Below, piece after piece: positions 13,328 to 25,872 of a stretch of DNA of 64,000 bases (position 1 is its first letter; every line of letters starts with the position of its first letter). Below the pieces are notes generated by a model that saw only the letters and a program-made list of their open reading frames with translations, did not search any database and was not told the DNA's origin. The position numbers and the translations under genes were made by a program. The DNA is from Octopus sinensis (Eukaryota). Location of the stretch: positions 11,780,001 through 11,844,000 of the forward strand of contig NC_042997.1 in NCBI RefSeq assembly GCF_006345805.1. Direction: 5' to 3'.

Positions 13328-13540
13328 CTGTGTTTGTTTCCCTAGCACTGCTTGACAACCGATGCTGGTGTGTTTATGTTCCCGTCACTTAGCGGTTCGG
13401 CAAAAGAGACCGATAGAATAAGTATTGGGCTTACAAAGAATAAGTCCCGGGGTCGAGTTGCTCGACTAAAGGTGGTGCTCCAGCATGGCCGCAGTCAACT
13501 GACTGAAACAAGTAAAAGAGTAAAAGAGAGAGTAAAGAGT
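13117..13540 (+). mobile_element. SINE family B, full length
   Basis: ggcgcaggagtggctgtgtggtaag...ggttcagtccc...(TA)n(TG)n...gactgaaacaagtaaaagagtaaaagag. Confidence 0.92.
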
Positions 13541-14301
13541 AATCAATACCTGAAATACGTTGTTATATTGGACAAGCGTTCTTGGAAGAAGACAATATAG
13601 TTCATAAGTCCCTTACAGTTTTTAACTGTAGTCATCACCAACTGAGATTCCAGCAACAGTGATGCCTCCACTACCTTTACCCCAGTATTCCAACAATTAT
13701 ATAACATAGAGCAAGCATTGGCTCCTCAGTGACACGTAGTGTAGTCGGATATTTAATAGCCTTTTGAGGCTACTAAATATTACATATAACATACTATGTT
13801 TTCCTTTTCTTGTTTTTGCTTTTCTTGAGCTAATTTTCACAAGTTGAGGCATTTTTACCATTAGCGGACAGGAAGTGTCAGGTAATTACCTTCCATTTCA
13901 CATCTTCGACCTTCTCAGAAAAGGTAACATGACCGGAGTGCATTATGTGGTTCGATTTTTCTTTCTTTTTTTTTTTTTGTTTTGGACAATCTTGTCTGGG
14001 GCGGAATATCCGTCTAATTACGAAAGAGATCTCTTGAAAAAGAGGTTTTGATCTTGCTCTTCTCATCACTGATTTCTTCATATATGTAATCCTGTTTAAT
14101 AGTTCATGCTGCTGTTATTGCCACTGTTTTCGTTGTATCTTTATTGCGGTGTATCTAGTGATGGTGAAATTTGTTCTTGGAACCACATTATCATTACAGT
14201 TTTAAGGTCCTTCTTTTGTTCATATCTTTATTGGTGTTATTTCAGAGGTAACTGTTGTTTTTCAAGTTATTCTTGTTCAATGTATTGTTACTTTTCTTGA
14301 A

Positions 14302-14465
14302 CAGGCGCAGGCGTGGATGTGTAGTAAAAAGTTTGCTTCCCAACCACATGGTTGCAAGTTGAGTTCCACTGCATGGCACCTTAGGTAAATTTCTCCTACT
14401 ATAGCCTCAGGCCGACTAAAGCCTTATGAGTTGATCTGGTTGAAGGAAACTGAAAAAAACCCATA
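14302..14465 (+). mobile_element. SINE family B, diverged 5' part
   Basis: aggcgcaggcgtggatgtgtagtaa..aaccacatggtt..tactatagcctcaggccgac. Confidence 0.8.
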
Positions 14466-15059
14466 GTGTTAGGAAGAAAATCTCATTATGTAACCTTGCG
14501 CGCTTCAGAAGTAGCAGTTATGAAATGAAATATGGCGACTGTAGGTGAACAAACACGTTCGATTTGTGGTTGCTGTGAAAACGACGATGAAAAGAATCCA
14601 GCAGGGTTTGAGTTAAGAGTTAGGTCCCTTGGTATCAAAAGAATCATCTCTAGGGTAGTTTTGTTGCAAGTCAACAAGAGTTTTCTGGGAAAGAGTTTAT
14701 GGAAAATGTCTATCTTTAAGGTTGGTTTCTTGTGGAAATGGAATATGTGTAGTGGTACTATATGTATAACCTTTGCGGAGATGGGAATATACATCAGTGT
14801 TCGGTAGTGACTTTTCTTTCTTTTATGTTTTATTTAATAACAATAGGAATTTATGTACGCATGCTGTGAGTTTAGAGGTACAATGTGTGTGTGGGCTTAT
14901 ATTGTGGGTGGTGGAAACAAGTTTATTGAGTGTATGTCTGCCGTTCTAGAAGCGTGTGTTTGTGTGTGCGTTTGTGTATGTTCTGGTCAAACTCTTTGTC
15001 GGACTCCCAGGTATTGGTGAAGAGCCGAAGCTGGTGGAGTGGTGTTTATAGTCACGATG

Positions 15060-15540
15060 AGACATGCAACTATGATAGAATGTACTTCCTTTCATATGGG
15101 CAAGGATTAAAAATTTCACTTCTACTGTTAAGCTAAATGCCTGGGCGCGGGGAGTTCTTTAAAGTCGCTCTTTTCTCAGCCAGGCATAATCTGCACTTCT
15201 TGCTGCCATTGAAGTACGCTTTATATTTCTCTAGAAACCTCCACCTTGTGCTATACTCAGTGGCGCTTTCTTTCAGCTACCATATGTACTTGGCCAGGGG
15301 CGTGGCATTACGTCTCGACGGTATTTTGAAAGGGGACTTGTGGCTGATATAGCAGGTTCTGAAGGCGGGTTAAGTTGCTCCCACGTACCTTCACACGTTT
15401 GGTTTCCGATTTCATCCTATTGCCGTTTACCTCTGCCTCGTATCAATGGCCTCTGTATTACAGTGGCCGTTCAGTGGTCATGTTGCGTTCCCCCTATATG
15501 GGTATTCTTTCTCTGTCTCAGGTATGGGTCTATCTACTAA
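15060..15540 (-). mobile_element. Penelope-like element GIY-YIG endonuclease relic (Cys-rich C-terminus, Naiad-like)
   Basis: Minus strand with frameshifts: PLNGHCNTEAI.YEAEV..YVGAT..F..SHKSPF..TPLAKYIW*LK..WRFLEKYKAYFNGSKKCRLCLAEK..LNSRSEIFNPCPY. Confidence 0.7.
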
Positions 15541-16019
15541 AATTCTTTCATACATTAAGTGCAGAGCTAAATGAAATTCTCAGGGTGTGCCTATTAAATA
15601 TTTTGCTGGACTTATTCGTACGGGGAAAGTGCTTGTCTACTAAACTAAGGAAAATCACACCTAAAATAGAGAACAGACGCCATATTTCATTCCATAACAA
15701 AACAATTTACATCTAATAGACATGCATGATTTTCTTAAACATTTCTCAGAGCTCTGTTGCATAGCACATCTACTTCAGTCAATGAAATACCTATAATTTC
15801 CTCATCCTTGTTCTTCTCTGTCTTCTTCTTTTCGTCCTCGTTCTCTTCCTGCTCCACTTCCTTCTCCACTTCGTCGTCTTCGTCATCGTCGTCCTCCTCC
15901 CTCCCTCAATATCTTCTCCACTTCGTCATCATCGTCTTCCTTCTCCTCCGCCTCCTCCTCTGCCTCCTCCTCCACCCCCTCCTCTGCAACAACAACAACA
16001 ACAGCAACAATAATAGTTG

Positions 16020-16210
16020 TTTCTAACATAGGTACAAGGCCTGCAATTTTGGCGTGACGGGGCCAGTTGATACCATCGGGTCCAGAACTTAACTAATACT
16101 TTGATTAACACAAGAGACGAAAGGCAAGGTTGATCTCAGAGGGATATGAATTCAGAAATTAAAGAGCCGGAACAAATACAGCAAAGGATATCCCGAGGCT
16201 CTAACGATGG
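16020..16210 (-). mobile_element. SINE family A, degenerate
   Basis: aggtacaaggcctgcaattttgg..gacgaaaggcaaggttgatctc..gaattcagaa is the reverse complement of the SINE A body and tail 2. Confidence 0.6.
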
Positions 16211-16311
16211 GAGAATGGCAAAATACTTTGCGGTATATGTTCCTGCTCTCTACATTTTGCATTCAAGTACAATCGAGACCAATACAACAACAATCTTGTT
16301 AATCTTGAATA

Positions 16312-16823
16312 CCGTAAATCCTCGAGTATAATCCGCATTTTTTCCCCCAAAATTTAAAGGTCAAAATCCATAGTACGTACTATATACGAGGTTAAAAATG
16401 AAAATTATTTTCTAAGCAATGTCCGAGTCTCTATTTGCTGTCCGGCAATGTTTATTAAGACATATTTTGTGATGTCGGGCGCGAAAATACCTTAAGCTAA
16501 GCCAGAAAGCAATGAAGTCATAAAAGAATCATCCATAACTTGCAATAAGCAAAATTTATTAAACGTTATTACTGTTACTTCTTTATTTTCTGCAAACATA
16601 ATGCACAAAAATGTTACTCGTTGCATTATGTTATATATACAATAATAATAAAGGACGTTACCGTATACAGTTTTACAAACCAAGGACGTAATATAGACCT
16701 CCTTGACTCAAGTTAGAGAAGGGGTGCGTATTATACACAAGGTTTAGGTTTTTCAGAGATACAACCCCCTAAAATTTCCCTGCGTATTATACTCAAGGGC
16801 GGACTATACTCGAGGATTTACGG
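16312..16823. mobile_element. Tc1/mariner-superfamily MITE (Tc2-like CCGTA termini)
   Basis: TA|ccgtaaatcctcgagtataatccgc ... gcggactatactcgaggatttacgg|TA; subterminal gcgtattatac repeats. Confidence 0.9.
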
Positions 16824-16989
16824 TATGTTTCTTAACATTGACACATTTCGATATATGAACAGATCCTTGTTAAATGTTGAGCACTTATATGTATGTTCGA
16901 GAAGGTGTGTTTAATATTTGTTTCCAGAAAAGAAACGATTGGTGTATTCCTGAGTTCCATAATAATAATAATAATAATAATGATAAATT

Positions 16990-17470
16990 AATGCCTACCT
17001 GCAAGAAACTACCAGGCCAACATCTTAGAGAACGGCAGTAGCTCAACATGTGTATGCAAATAAGCAGAAGCCATTGATTATATTGTCTTCATGTGCAGCT
17101 TTCTTGCACCCGTAAAGTATCTCAACAGGCATGACAGAGCGGCAAAGTATATTCACTGGGTAATTTGTAAAGACATGGACCTGCCCCATGTTAAAAAGTG
17201 GTGGGAACATTAACCCCCGCCAGTGCTTGAAAATGACTCCTTCTCACTCCTTTGGAACTTCACCGTTCAAACTGACAGAAATATAGATGCAAATAAGCCA
17301 GAAATTATACTGAAGAATTTCAGACAAAAGTCGTGTCACCTCATCGATATGACTGTTCCAATTGTCATAAATGTATCTGTCAAAGCCTACCAAAATCTGA
17401 ACAAATATATAGATCTTGAAACAAAGATTGGTAAAATGTGGAACCTGAAGACTATGATAATACCTGTTGT
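16990..17470 (+). mobile_element. R4/Dong-type LINE fragment 1 (zinc knuckle + restriction-like endonuclease)
   Basis: YLNRHDRAAKYIHW..VLENDSFSLLWNFTVQTDRNIDANKPEII..LIDMTVP..KYIDL..IIPVV; preceded by (TAA)n. Confidence 0.85.
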
Positions 17471-17479
17471 ATTTTTCTT

Positions 17480-18738
17480 ATGTTTTTATCCCCCTCAGTT
17501 TAGTATTAAGGAAGTCAAAGACAGGATATCATTTCAGAAATAGTAAGAGAAAAATGAACCATTTGCGCTATATGAATGATTTGAAGTTTTTTAGTAAGAA
17601 TGCGAAAGAGATAGATTCTTTAATAGAAACTGTAAGACTCTTCAGCAAGGATGTAGGCATGGAATTTGGCATAGATAAGTGTACATTATTAGTCATGAGA
17701 AGGAGACAGGTTGTTAACAGCGAAGGCATCCAATTACTAGATGGCCAAACATTAAAATCATTGAAAGGAGGAGAGAGTTATAAGTATCTAGGAGTATTAG
17801 AATCTGACAGAGTACTAATAAGAGAAGTGAAAGCGAAAATTCAGGAGTACATCAGAAGGGTGAGGAAACTAATGAAGTCAAAGCTAAATGGTCCGAATCT
17901 AGTGAAGGCAGTAGATACTCAAGCAGTATCATTACTTAGATACTCAGCTACTTTTGTAGATTGAACAAAATCTGAACTAGTAAAGCTAAACAGAAAAAAA
18001 CTAGGAAGGAATTCAATATGAATTGAGAATTCCACCCAAGAACAGGAGTAGCAAAATTATACTTAGCTAGAAAGAAACGCGAAAGATGGTTAATATCAGT
18101 GGAAGACTGCCTGGAGTTAGCTAGACTCCCATGTAGGTAATAGTAGAGAAAGTTTATTAAAAGCTGTTAGAGTCACTGCAAGACATAAGGAAACCAAAAA
18201 CCCAAACGAAGTTAACCAGAAAAATGAACAGAAAGTTTCTGACTGGCAGCAGATGTCGCTTCATGGTAGATTCCCAAAGAGAGTTGCAGCAAATAATATT
18301 TGTGAGACATGGTTATGGTCGCAGAAACGAAGGCTGAACAGGGAGACAAAAAGTTTATTAGCAGCAGCACAAGATCAAGCAGTTGGACAAAAGCTTAGAG
18401 AGACAAAAACAGAATAGATACCCAATGTGGGCTATGCCAATAAAAAGAGGAAGGCGTTACTCATATTGGAAGTGAATGTAGCATGCTGGCACAGAAAGAA
18501 TACATGAAAAGACATGACAATCTAGTGATAGCAATCCACTGGGAGCCATGCAGAAATCTAGGATTTGAACACACTACAAAATGGTATGAACATAAACCTA
18601 GTAAAGTACTAGAAAGTTAGAAATATAAGATGCTGTGGGATTTTAACATTCAGAATGACAGAGTAATAGAAGCTAGAAGGTCTGATTTAGTAGTAATAGA
18701 TAAAGAGAATAGAAAGTGCTGTATGACTGAATTTGCTA
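17480..18738 (+). mobile_element. R4/Dong-type LINE fragment 2 (RT C-half, thumb, CCHC knuckle, RLE start), pseudogenised
   Basis: NHLRYMNDLKFF (YMDD), FSKDVGMEFGIDKC, YKYLGVLE, CGLC..VTHIGSEC..YMKRHD, MLWDFNIQNDRVIEARRSDLVV; several stops. Confidence 0.9.
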
Positions 18739-19196
18739 CAGCAAATATTCTGCTCAATACCATAGATTTGCTTGTCAGTTGTTTGACCATAACCAGTTGA
18801 GCATGTCCCTTTGTGGCTGACGATATGTGTATCTCTGATCATGAGCAGAAGTAGTGGGGGAGCATCATAGACGTGTGTTGAAAGAAATTCTTAGAGGTTT
18901 GGATAATTCACCTTTGGAAACACGGGTGGTTTGTTCAACATCCTTAAACAATCCTTATTCAGCGACCTTTTGAGTGGGATGGGCTACTCGACCAGAAGAA
19001 AATTCTAACCAGGCCCCACATGCAAGGTCATGCGCTTTTTATCTTGATATGAGATCACCATGTCGCGCACATATGGTTGTGATGCATGTGCCTAGTGTAC
19101 CCTTATCATACGGGTAGTCACGATGGGTATACTGGGCTTCGTATGTTTTACCACATTGTCACTTTGATGGCATGCACTGCTTTCTCACTCAATAAT
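18735..19196 (+). mobile_element. Non-coding repeat family C ending in (TAA)n
   Basis: gctacagcaaatattctgctcaatacc...gatggcatgcactgctttctcactcaataat; further copies at 19847, 46487 (minus) and 59400. Confidence 0.85.
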
Positions 19197-19199
19197 ATA

Positions 19200-19775
19200 A
19201 GAGACGCCACGACAATAAAGGAATATAAGAGACGCCACGGCAATATAGCAAGGCTTGTTCATTGGGCGCATTACATCAAGTATGGTCTTGACAGAGAAAA
19301 AAATTGGTACGATCACAAACCCAAAGGCATCATCGAAAATGACAATGCGAAGATCCTGTAGGATTTTATGATTCAGTGCGACCATGAGATAGAGAATAGA
19401 AAGCCAGACATAGTAAACTATGCTGTATCATAGATATAGTATGCCCAGCTGACAACAAGGTATGCGATAAGGAAGAAAGAAAAGTCGATAGGTATAATAG
19501 GTGAGCTTAGGCGGTAAAGCAGCTATGGTCGATGAAAAAGGTGGTAGTGGTAACAATAATTGTCGGAGCCCTGGAAACAGTGAGTAAAAAACCGAGAAAT
19601 ACATGGAACAAATAGGGGCTGCAATATGGGTGGAGCACTTGCAGTAAACAGCACTGCTTGGAACCGCTCGAATACTCCGGAAGGTGTTCGAAAAATAAGA
19701 GGTGTTACCTTAGTTTACTGGTATTGAACAGCTGACACCGTATTACATCTCCAGCGTTAGAAGCTGTGTAAAGGC
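19200..19775 (+). mobile_element. R4/Dong-type LINE fragment 3 (RLE domain to 3' end) with (TAA)n tail
   Basis: EYKRRHGNIARLVHW..KIL*DFMIQCDHEIENRKPDIV..IIVGALETV..TALLGTARILRKVFEK*, short UTR, then TAA array. Confidence 0.9.
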
Positions 19776-19846
19776 AATAATAATAATGATAATAATAATA
19801 ATAATAATAATGATAATAATGATAATAATGATAATAATAATAATAA

Positions 19847-20060
19847 GGCTACTCGACCTGAAGAAAATTCTAACTGGGTCCCACCTGCAAGGTCATGTGC
19901 TGTTTATCTTGATATGAGATCACCATGTCGCGCACATATGGTTGTGATGCATGTGCCTGGTGTACCCTTATCAGACGGGTAGTCATGATGGGTATATTGG
20001 GCTTCGTATATTTTACCCCAGTGTCACTTTGATGGCATGCACTGCTCTCTCACTCAATAA
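19847..20060 (+). mobile_element. Family C, 5'-truncated copy within (TAA)n
   Basis: Matches 18983-19195; TAA repeats on both sides. Confidence 0.88.
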
Positions 20061-20084
20061 TAATAATAATAATAATAATAAGAC

Positions 20085-20670
20085 GTGTAATGCGGGGGAG
20101 GGGTAGTCGATCATGCTGACACTAGTACTTGACTGGTACTTAATTTATCGAATCCCGATGGATGAAAAGCAAAGTCAACCTCGACGGAATTCGAACTCAG
20201 AAGCTAAACACGGACGAAATGCCGCTAAGCATTTTGGCCAGTGTGCTAAAAACCCTGTCAGCTCGCTGCCTTAAATTATAGTAATGATAAACCTTTCTAC
20301 GAGAGGCACGTGGCCTTATATTTAGGGGAGGGGGATACTTGATCACATCGACCTCGAAAGGACGAAAGGCAAAATCAACCTTGCCGGAATTCGAACTCAG
20401 AACGCAGAGACGGGGGAAATATCTCTAGGCATTTTGCACGGCGTGCTAACGATTCTGCCAGCTCGCCGCTTTATCAAAAATAATAATAATTCTTTTTTCT
20501 ATAGGCACAAGGCCTAGATTTTCTGGGGAGGGCGATAGTCGATGATATTGATCCTAGTGCTCAACTGGTATTTAATCTAATCTATTGTCCCCCAAAGGAT
20601 GAGAGGCAAAGTCTACCTGGGTAGAATTTTGACTCAGAATGTGATGAGCGACGAAATGCCGTTGTTTTGC
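20085..20670 (-). mobile_element. Three consecutive diverged SINE A copies
   Basis: aaaggcaaagtcaacctcg..gaattcgaactcagaa recurs at ~20165, ~20365 and ~20605. Confidence 0.8.
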
Positions 20671-20734
20671 TCGACCTGATAACAATTTACGGTCTGGCAA
20701 TAACAATTACGACTATGGTAATGATAATAACTGT

Positions 20735-20795
<61 letters not shown>

Positions 20796-21529
20796 ATATG
20801 GTAGCAGTAATGATATGGAATAGGAAGATCTGCAGTGAGCAAATTTTAAATCTTTTTTCATGTTGAGTGTTGAACTCCTGCTGGGGTTAAATTTAGTTGT
20901 CCTTCTTCCGGCCTCAATAAAATCTCACTCAATCAAGTACAGCATCCGATTAAATCGAATATACTTCTCTCTCAAAATGTGTGGCCTCCTGCCTATGGTG
21001 CAATAAAATTACTATCACTACAATTATAAGTTTCGTCTCTTCATTGTCTAACAAATATTCGTGTTTAAACGTTAGAAAGTGGTGAGATAAATTTTGTAAT
21101 ACCAATTGAAATTTATTTCACTTGCAGATACGGAGACACATACACACTTACACACGCGTCCCACACGCACAAATACATACACACACGCGTCCCACACGCA
21201 CAAATACATACACACACACATATATATACACGTATCTATCTATCTATCTATCTATATATATATATATATACATATAAGTTTAACAATTAAGGATAATCTC
21301 TTAATAAGGGATCTTAACAAGAAATTATCGGGTAGCTAGCGTGAAAACCTCATAAAAGAAAAGAATCCGAAAATAATTTTTTTCTTTTGAACAAATTAAT
21401 TATATCTATATTGTATAAAGGGCATTATTACACATAAATGCCTCACACTAGGAGGGACAAAGTCATTACTACCAAAAATTATACTAATCATACCCAAATG
21501 CAGTTTTTCAAAGCAAGACATTTAAAAAT

Positions 21530-21598
21530 GAATTATGTTCTGTATCACCGTGATTTCACATACAACTTGCGTCTAATGATCGTCAGCAGAACTGATTC
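21530..21598 (-). ncRNA. Type I hammerhead ribozyme, array copy 1
   Basis: Minus: gaat-ca-gttctg CTGACGA tcattagacgcaagttgtatgt GAAA tcac-g-gtga TA cagaac-ata-attc; predicted cut between plus-strand 21542/21543. Confidence 0.85.
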
Positions 21599-22003
21599 TG
21601 AATACATCATAAAAACCAACCTTATGTAGCGAAGACGAACAGACAACTGTTCACTCCGGCCAAGCACATGGAATGTTTATAAATCATATATCCGGTAAAT
21701 GGCGGGCCTTTTACGAACTGCATGTCGGGTAATGAAAAGTATTTCGGAATAAGTTTAACAATTAAGGATAATCTCTTAATAAGGGATCTTAACAAGAAAT
21801 TATCGGGTAGCTAGCGTGAAAACCTCATAAAAGAAAAGAATCCGAAAATAATTTTTTTCTTTTGAACAAATTAATTATATCTATATTGTATAAAGGGCAT
21901 TATTACACATAAATGCCTCACACTAGGAGGGACAAAGTCATTACTACCAAAAATTATACTAATCATACCAAATGCAGTTTTTCAAAGCAAGACATTTAAA
22001 AAT

Positions 22004-22072
22004 GAATTATGTTCTGTATCACCGTGATTTCACATACAACTTGCGTCTAATGATCGTCAGCAGAACTGATTT
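22004..22072 (-). ncRNA. Type I hammerhead ribozyme, array copy 2
   Basis: Same core and stems as copy 1; 1-nt loss in distal stem I. Confidence 0.83.
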
Positions 22073-22478
22073 GAATACATCATAAATAAACCAACCTTAT
22101 GTAGCGAGACGAACAGACAACTGTTCACTCCGGCCAAGCACATGGAATGTTTATAAATCATATATCCGGTAAATGGCGGGCTTTTTACGAACTGCATGTC
22201 GGGTAATGAAAAGTATTTCGGAATAAGTTTAACAATTAAGGATAATCTCTTAATAAGGGATCTTAACAAGAAATTATCGGGTAGCTAGCGTGAAAACCTC
22301 ATAAAAGAAAAGAATCCGAAAATAATTTTTTTCTTTTGAACAAATTAATTATATCTATATTGTATAAAGGGCATTATTACACATAAATGCCTCACACTAG
22401 GAGGGACAAAGTCATTACTACCAAAAATTATACTAATCATACCCAAATGCAGTTTTTCAAAGCAAGACATTTAAAAAT

Positions 22479-22547
22479 GAATTATGTTCTGTATCACCGT
22501 GATTTCACATACAACTTGCGTCTAATGATCGTCAGCAGAACTGATTC
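22479..22547 (-). ncRNA. Type I hammerhead ribozyme, array copy 3
   Basis: Identical to copy 1. Confidence 0.85.
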
Positions 22548-22948
22548 TGAATACATCATAAATAAACCAACCTTATGTAGCGAAGACGAACAGACAACTG
22601 TTCACTCCGGCCAAGCACATGGAATGTTTATAAATCATATATCCGGTAAATGGCGGATATTATATAGATATAATTAATTTGTTCAAAAGAAAAAAATTAT
22701 TTTCGGATTCTTTTCTTTTATGAGGTTTTCACGCTAGCTACCCGATAATTTCTTGTTAAGATCCCTTATTAAGAGATTATCCTTAATTGTTAAACTTATT
22801 CCGAAATACTTTTCATTACCCGACATGCAGTTCGTAAAAAGCCCGCCATTTACCGGATATATGATTTATAAACATTCATGTGCTTGCCGGAGTGAACAGT
22901 TGTCTGTTCGTCTTCGCTACTAAGGTGGTTTATTTATGATGTATATCA

Positions 22949-23015
22949 GAATCAGTTCTGCTGACGACATTAGACGCAGTTGTATGTGAAATCACGGTGA
23001 TACAGAACATAATTC
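22949..23015 (+). ncRNA. Type I hammerhead ribozyme in the inverted block
   Basis: gaatcagttctg CTGACGA cattagacgcagttgtatgt GAAA tcacggtga TA cagaacataattc (two 1-nt deletions in stem II). Confidence 0.8.
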
Positions 23016-23419
23016 ATTTTTAAATGTCTTGCTTTGAAACTTTATACAATATAGATATAATTAATTTGTTTCAAAAGAAAAAAATTATTTTCGGATTCTT
23101 TTCTTTTATGAGTTTTTCAGCGCTAGCTACCGGATATATGATTTATAAACATTCCATGTGCTTGGCCGGAGTGAACAGTTGTCTGTTCGTGTCTTCGCTA
23201 CATAAGGTTGGTTTATATATATACATATATATAGATGTATATATCTATACATATACGTTTTATACATACAATATATATATAACACATATATATACACATA
23301 TATACTATATATATATATATATATATATACAAACATACGTATATATATAAATATATACATCGTGTATTAATATATTGTATATATATATTCATTCGTGTAT
23401 GTATATGTAAATATGTATA

Positions 23420-23463
<44 letters not shown>

Positions 23464-23869
23464 ATATAAAGATACATGTATACATGCGAGTATGCATGCA
23501 TGTTTATATACATGTATATGTACACACACACATACACACATATATATATACACGTTTAGATTATATTATACTATGCGTTTTGTACGCATACGTGTACTGT
23601 GTGTGCATATGTGTGTTTTTCAATCGTTTTTTGATTCTTCACACTTCCTTTTCTCGTTCCAGTTTTGACGCCTCTGGATACATCATGAAGTCTTGTCTGC
23701 GATATTACCTAGTTTATTAAATAACTATCCAAAATTTTTTTTCCTTTAGGCTTTGCGTGCGTTTCGAAATTATTTTCAAAGAGAACTGACGTGTATCTCT
23801 CTATTGTTGCATTAGCACGAGGTCATGTTGTGTTCACCGTAGGGACACCATTATGTTTCCATTATCTAT

Positions 23870-23912
<43 letters not shown>

Positions 23913-24239
23913 ACCACACAAATAATCGTACAAGGCCGCACATACCCATATACTTAAATACATGTGCATGTGCACATTACAGTACACACAGAGGTACAAC
24001 ACATATAGATGCATAACACGCTGCATAACATTCACATACACGAACACACGCGCATACACATTCTCTCTTCCTTTCTTTCCGTCACATGCGCACACACACC
24101 GTTCTGCTAAAGGCAGTGTATTCGGAGCGCATCAATCTCATCTGCTACAGGCAATTTTGCACTTAGAATTCCTAAAATTTCATGTAGCAGCAAACTTTTT
24201 CCTAATTTTTTTCTCTTTTACTTCTCGCCATTATTATTA

Positions 24240-24284
<45 letters not shown>

Positions 24285-25117
24285 CATTATTATTATTATT
24301 ATTATTATTATTAATATTGTTATTATTATTTTAACCAAAATAGATTTCACTAAATCTAGACAATCATGAAACAAAGTTCAATGGTCGTTAATTGTATTGA
24401 AGAAAAGAGAAGAAAGAGTGAATGATGAGGAAAAAAAAAAAAGAGGAATACAGCATATACTTACTTACATGAATACACTCATACATTCAAAAATAAAACG
24501 CTAATGTCTAGTATGGCTGCCAATGCATCAACGCAGCTTACTACGCAAGTAAAATGGCGGCTCTTATCTATGATTAGCAAAAGCCGAAGAGAAATTAAAA
24601 TTGATAATAGAATTTTCGAATATAAAATATCAGTCTACTAAACAAGGGAAATAGAAAAAAAAAGCCCAACTAAAATTATACCTAAAACATACATATATGC
24701 GTGCGTATGTGTATATATGTTCATATATACGTGTACGTATGTGCGTGTGTGTGTATACAATATAGATATGTATATGCACATGTATGTGAACGTGGGTGTA
24801 CATCTGTGTCTTTGAGTGTATGTGGGTGTGTGTGCGTTTATTGCTATCTTTAAAAAAAAAAAACGATATTAAGAGAAAAAAGAAATTAGCGAGTTGAAAT
24901 TTGTCTTTGATGAATTAATACTGAAAAGATGATAAGCTGCAACGAAATTCTATACCGATTCAGTTGTCGATAAGAGACGAGATTTGAAATATAGGGGAAA
25001 AAAAAAAAATAAAAAACAAAAGACAAAAAATAAATACAACCCTCCCTCTAAAAAAAGAATGACAGAAATCTTTTCTTATACGTCATGCTATATTTGTTAT
25101 CGTTGCTGTTGTTGTTG

Positions 25118-25164
<47 letters not shown>

Positions 25165-25313
25165 TAAGATAATTGCATAAAATATCGAACGTTAAGCGTT
25201 TAGAAAAGTGAAAAGAATTTGAAATAAGGAAATATATAAAAAAAAACGTTTTTCGAAGTCTCATGCTACAATTGAAGCTAAGCAGAGAAGAAATAAGAAA
25301 AATTAGGAAAGCT

Positions 25314-25347
<34 letters not shown>

Positions 25348-25587
25348 GAAGGGAATCGATGGTAAAAAGCGAAAAAATTATGACAAAATCAAAATTTCTT
25401 TTGGAAAAGTTATCTGTCAAAAAGGCAACTGCTGCTTTTTTTTTACTTTAAAAGAAGGAAAGAAAGTAATTGAGCGGGAAGAATATAGAATTTTGCATTG
25501 CGTTCGAAATATATATGAAAGAATTGTTGTTGAAGTTGCTGGAGTACGGAGTTATCTTTATATGCGTTTATAGAATTGAAAGGACCT

Positions 25588-25595
25588 GATTATTA

Positions 25596-25659
<64 letters not shown>

Positions 25660-25679
25660 TATTATCATTATTATTATTA

Positions 25680-25710
<31 letters not shown>

Positions 25711-25721
25711 CATTATTATCA

Positions 25722-25752
<31 letters not shown>

Positions 25753-25763
25753 CATTATTATCA

Positions 25764-25827
<64 letters not shown>

Positions 25828-25872
25828 ATTATTATTATTATTATTATCATTATTATCATTATTATTATTATT
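25588..25872. repeat. Long (ATT/ATC)n microsatellite
   Basis: About 285 bp of trinucleotide repeat; representative of dozens of (TA)n, (TG)n, (TATG)n, (TATC)n, (GA)n, (TAA)n, (CAA)n and (GAT)n tracts in the window. Confidence 0.97.

Larger units (their letters stand above)
21274..23216. repeat. Non-coding ~475-bp tandem array (about 2.9 direct units plus an inverted, partly deleted block) carrying hammerhead ribozymes; retrozyme/Penelope-terminal-repeat-like
   Basis: Units start at 21274, 21749 and 22223 (ataagtttaacaattaagg) and are near identical; orientation flips at ~22660; (TA)n on both flanks. Confidence 0.92.

Noticed and set aside
21274-22656. CRISPR-like array
   Set aside because: Whole units are identical; no short repeat with unique spacers, no cas genes, eukaryotic context
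21438-22677. Repeated MPHTRRDK... ORFs in the 475-bp array
   Set aside because: Frame is not kept between units and no recognisable domain; the conserved feature is the RNA structure on the other strand
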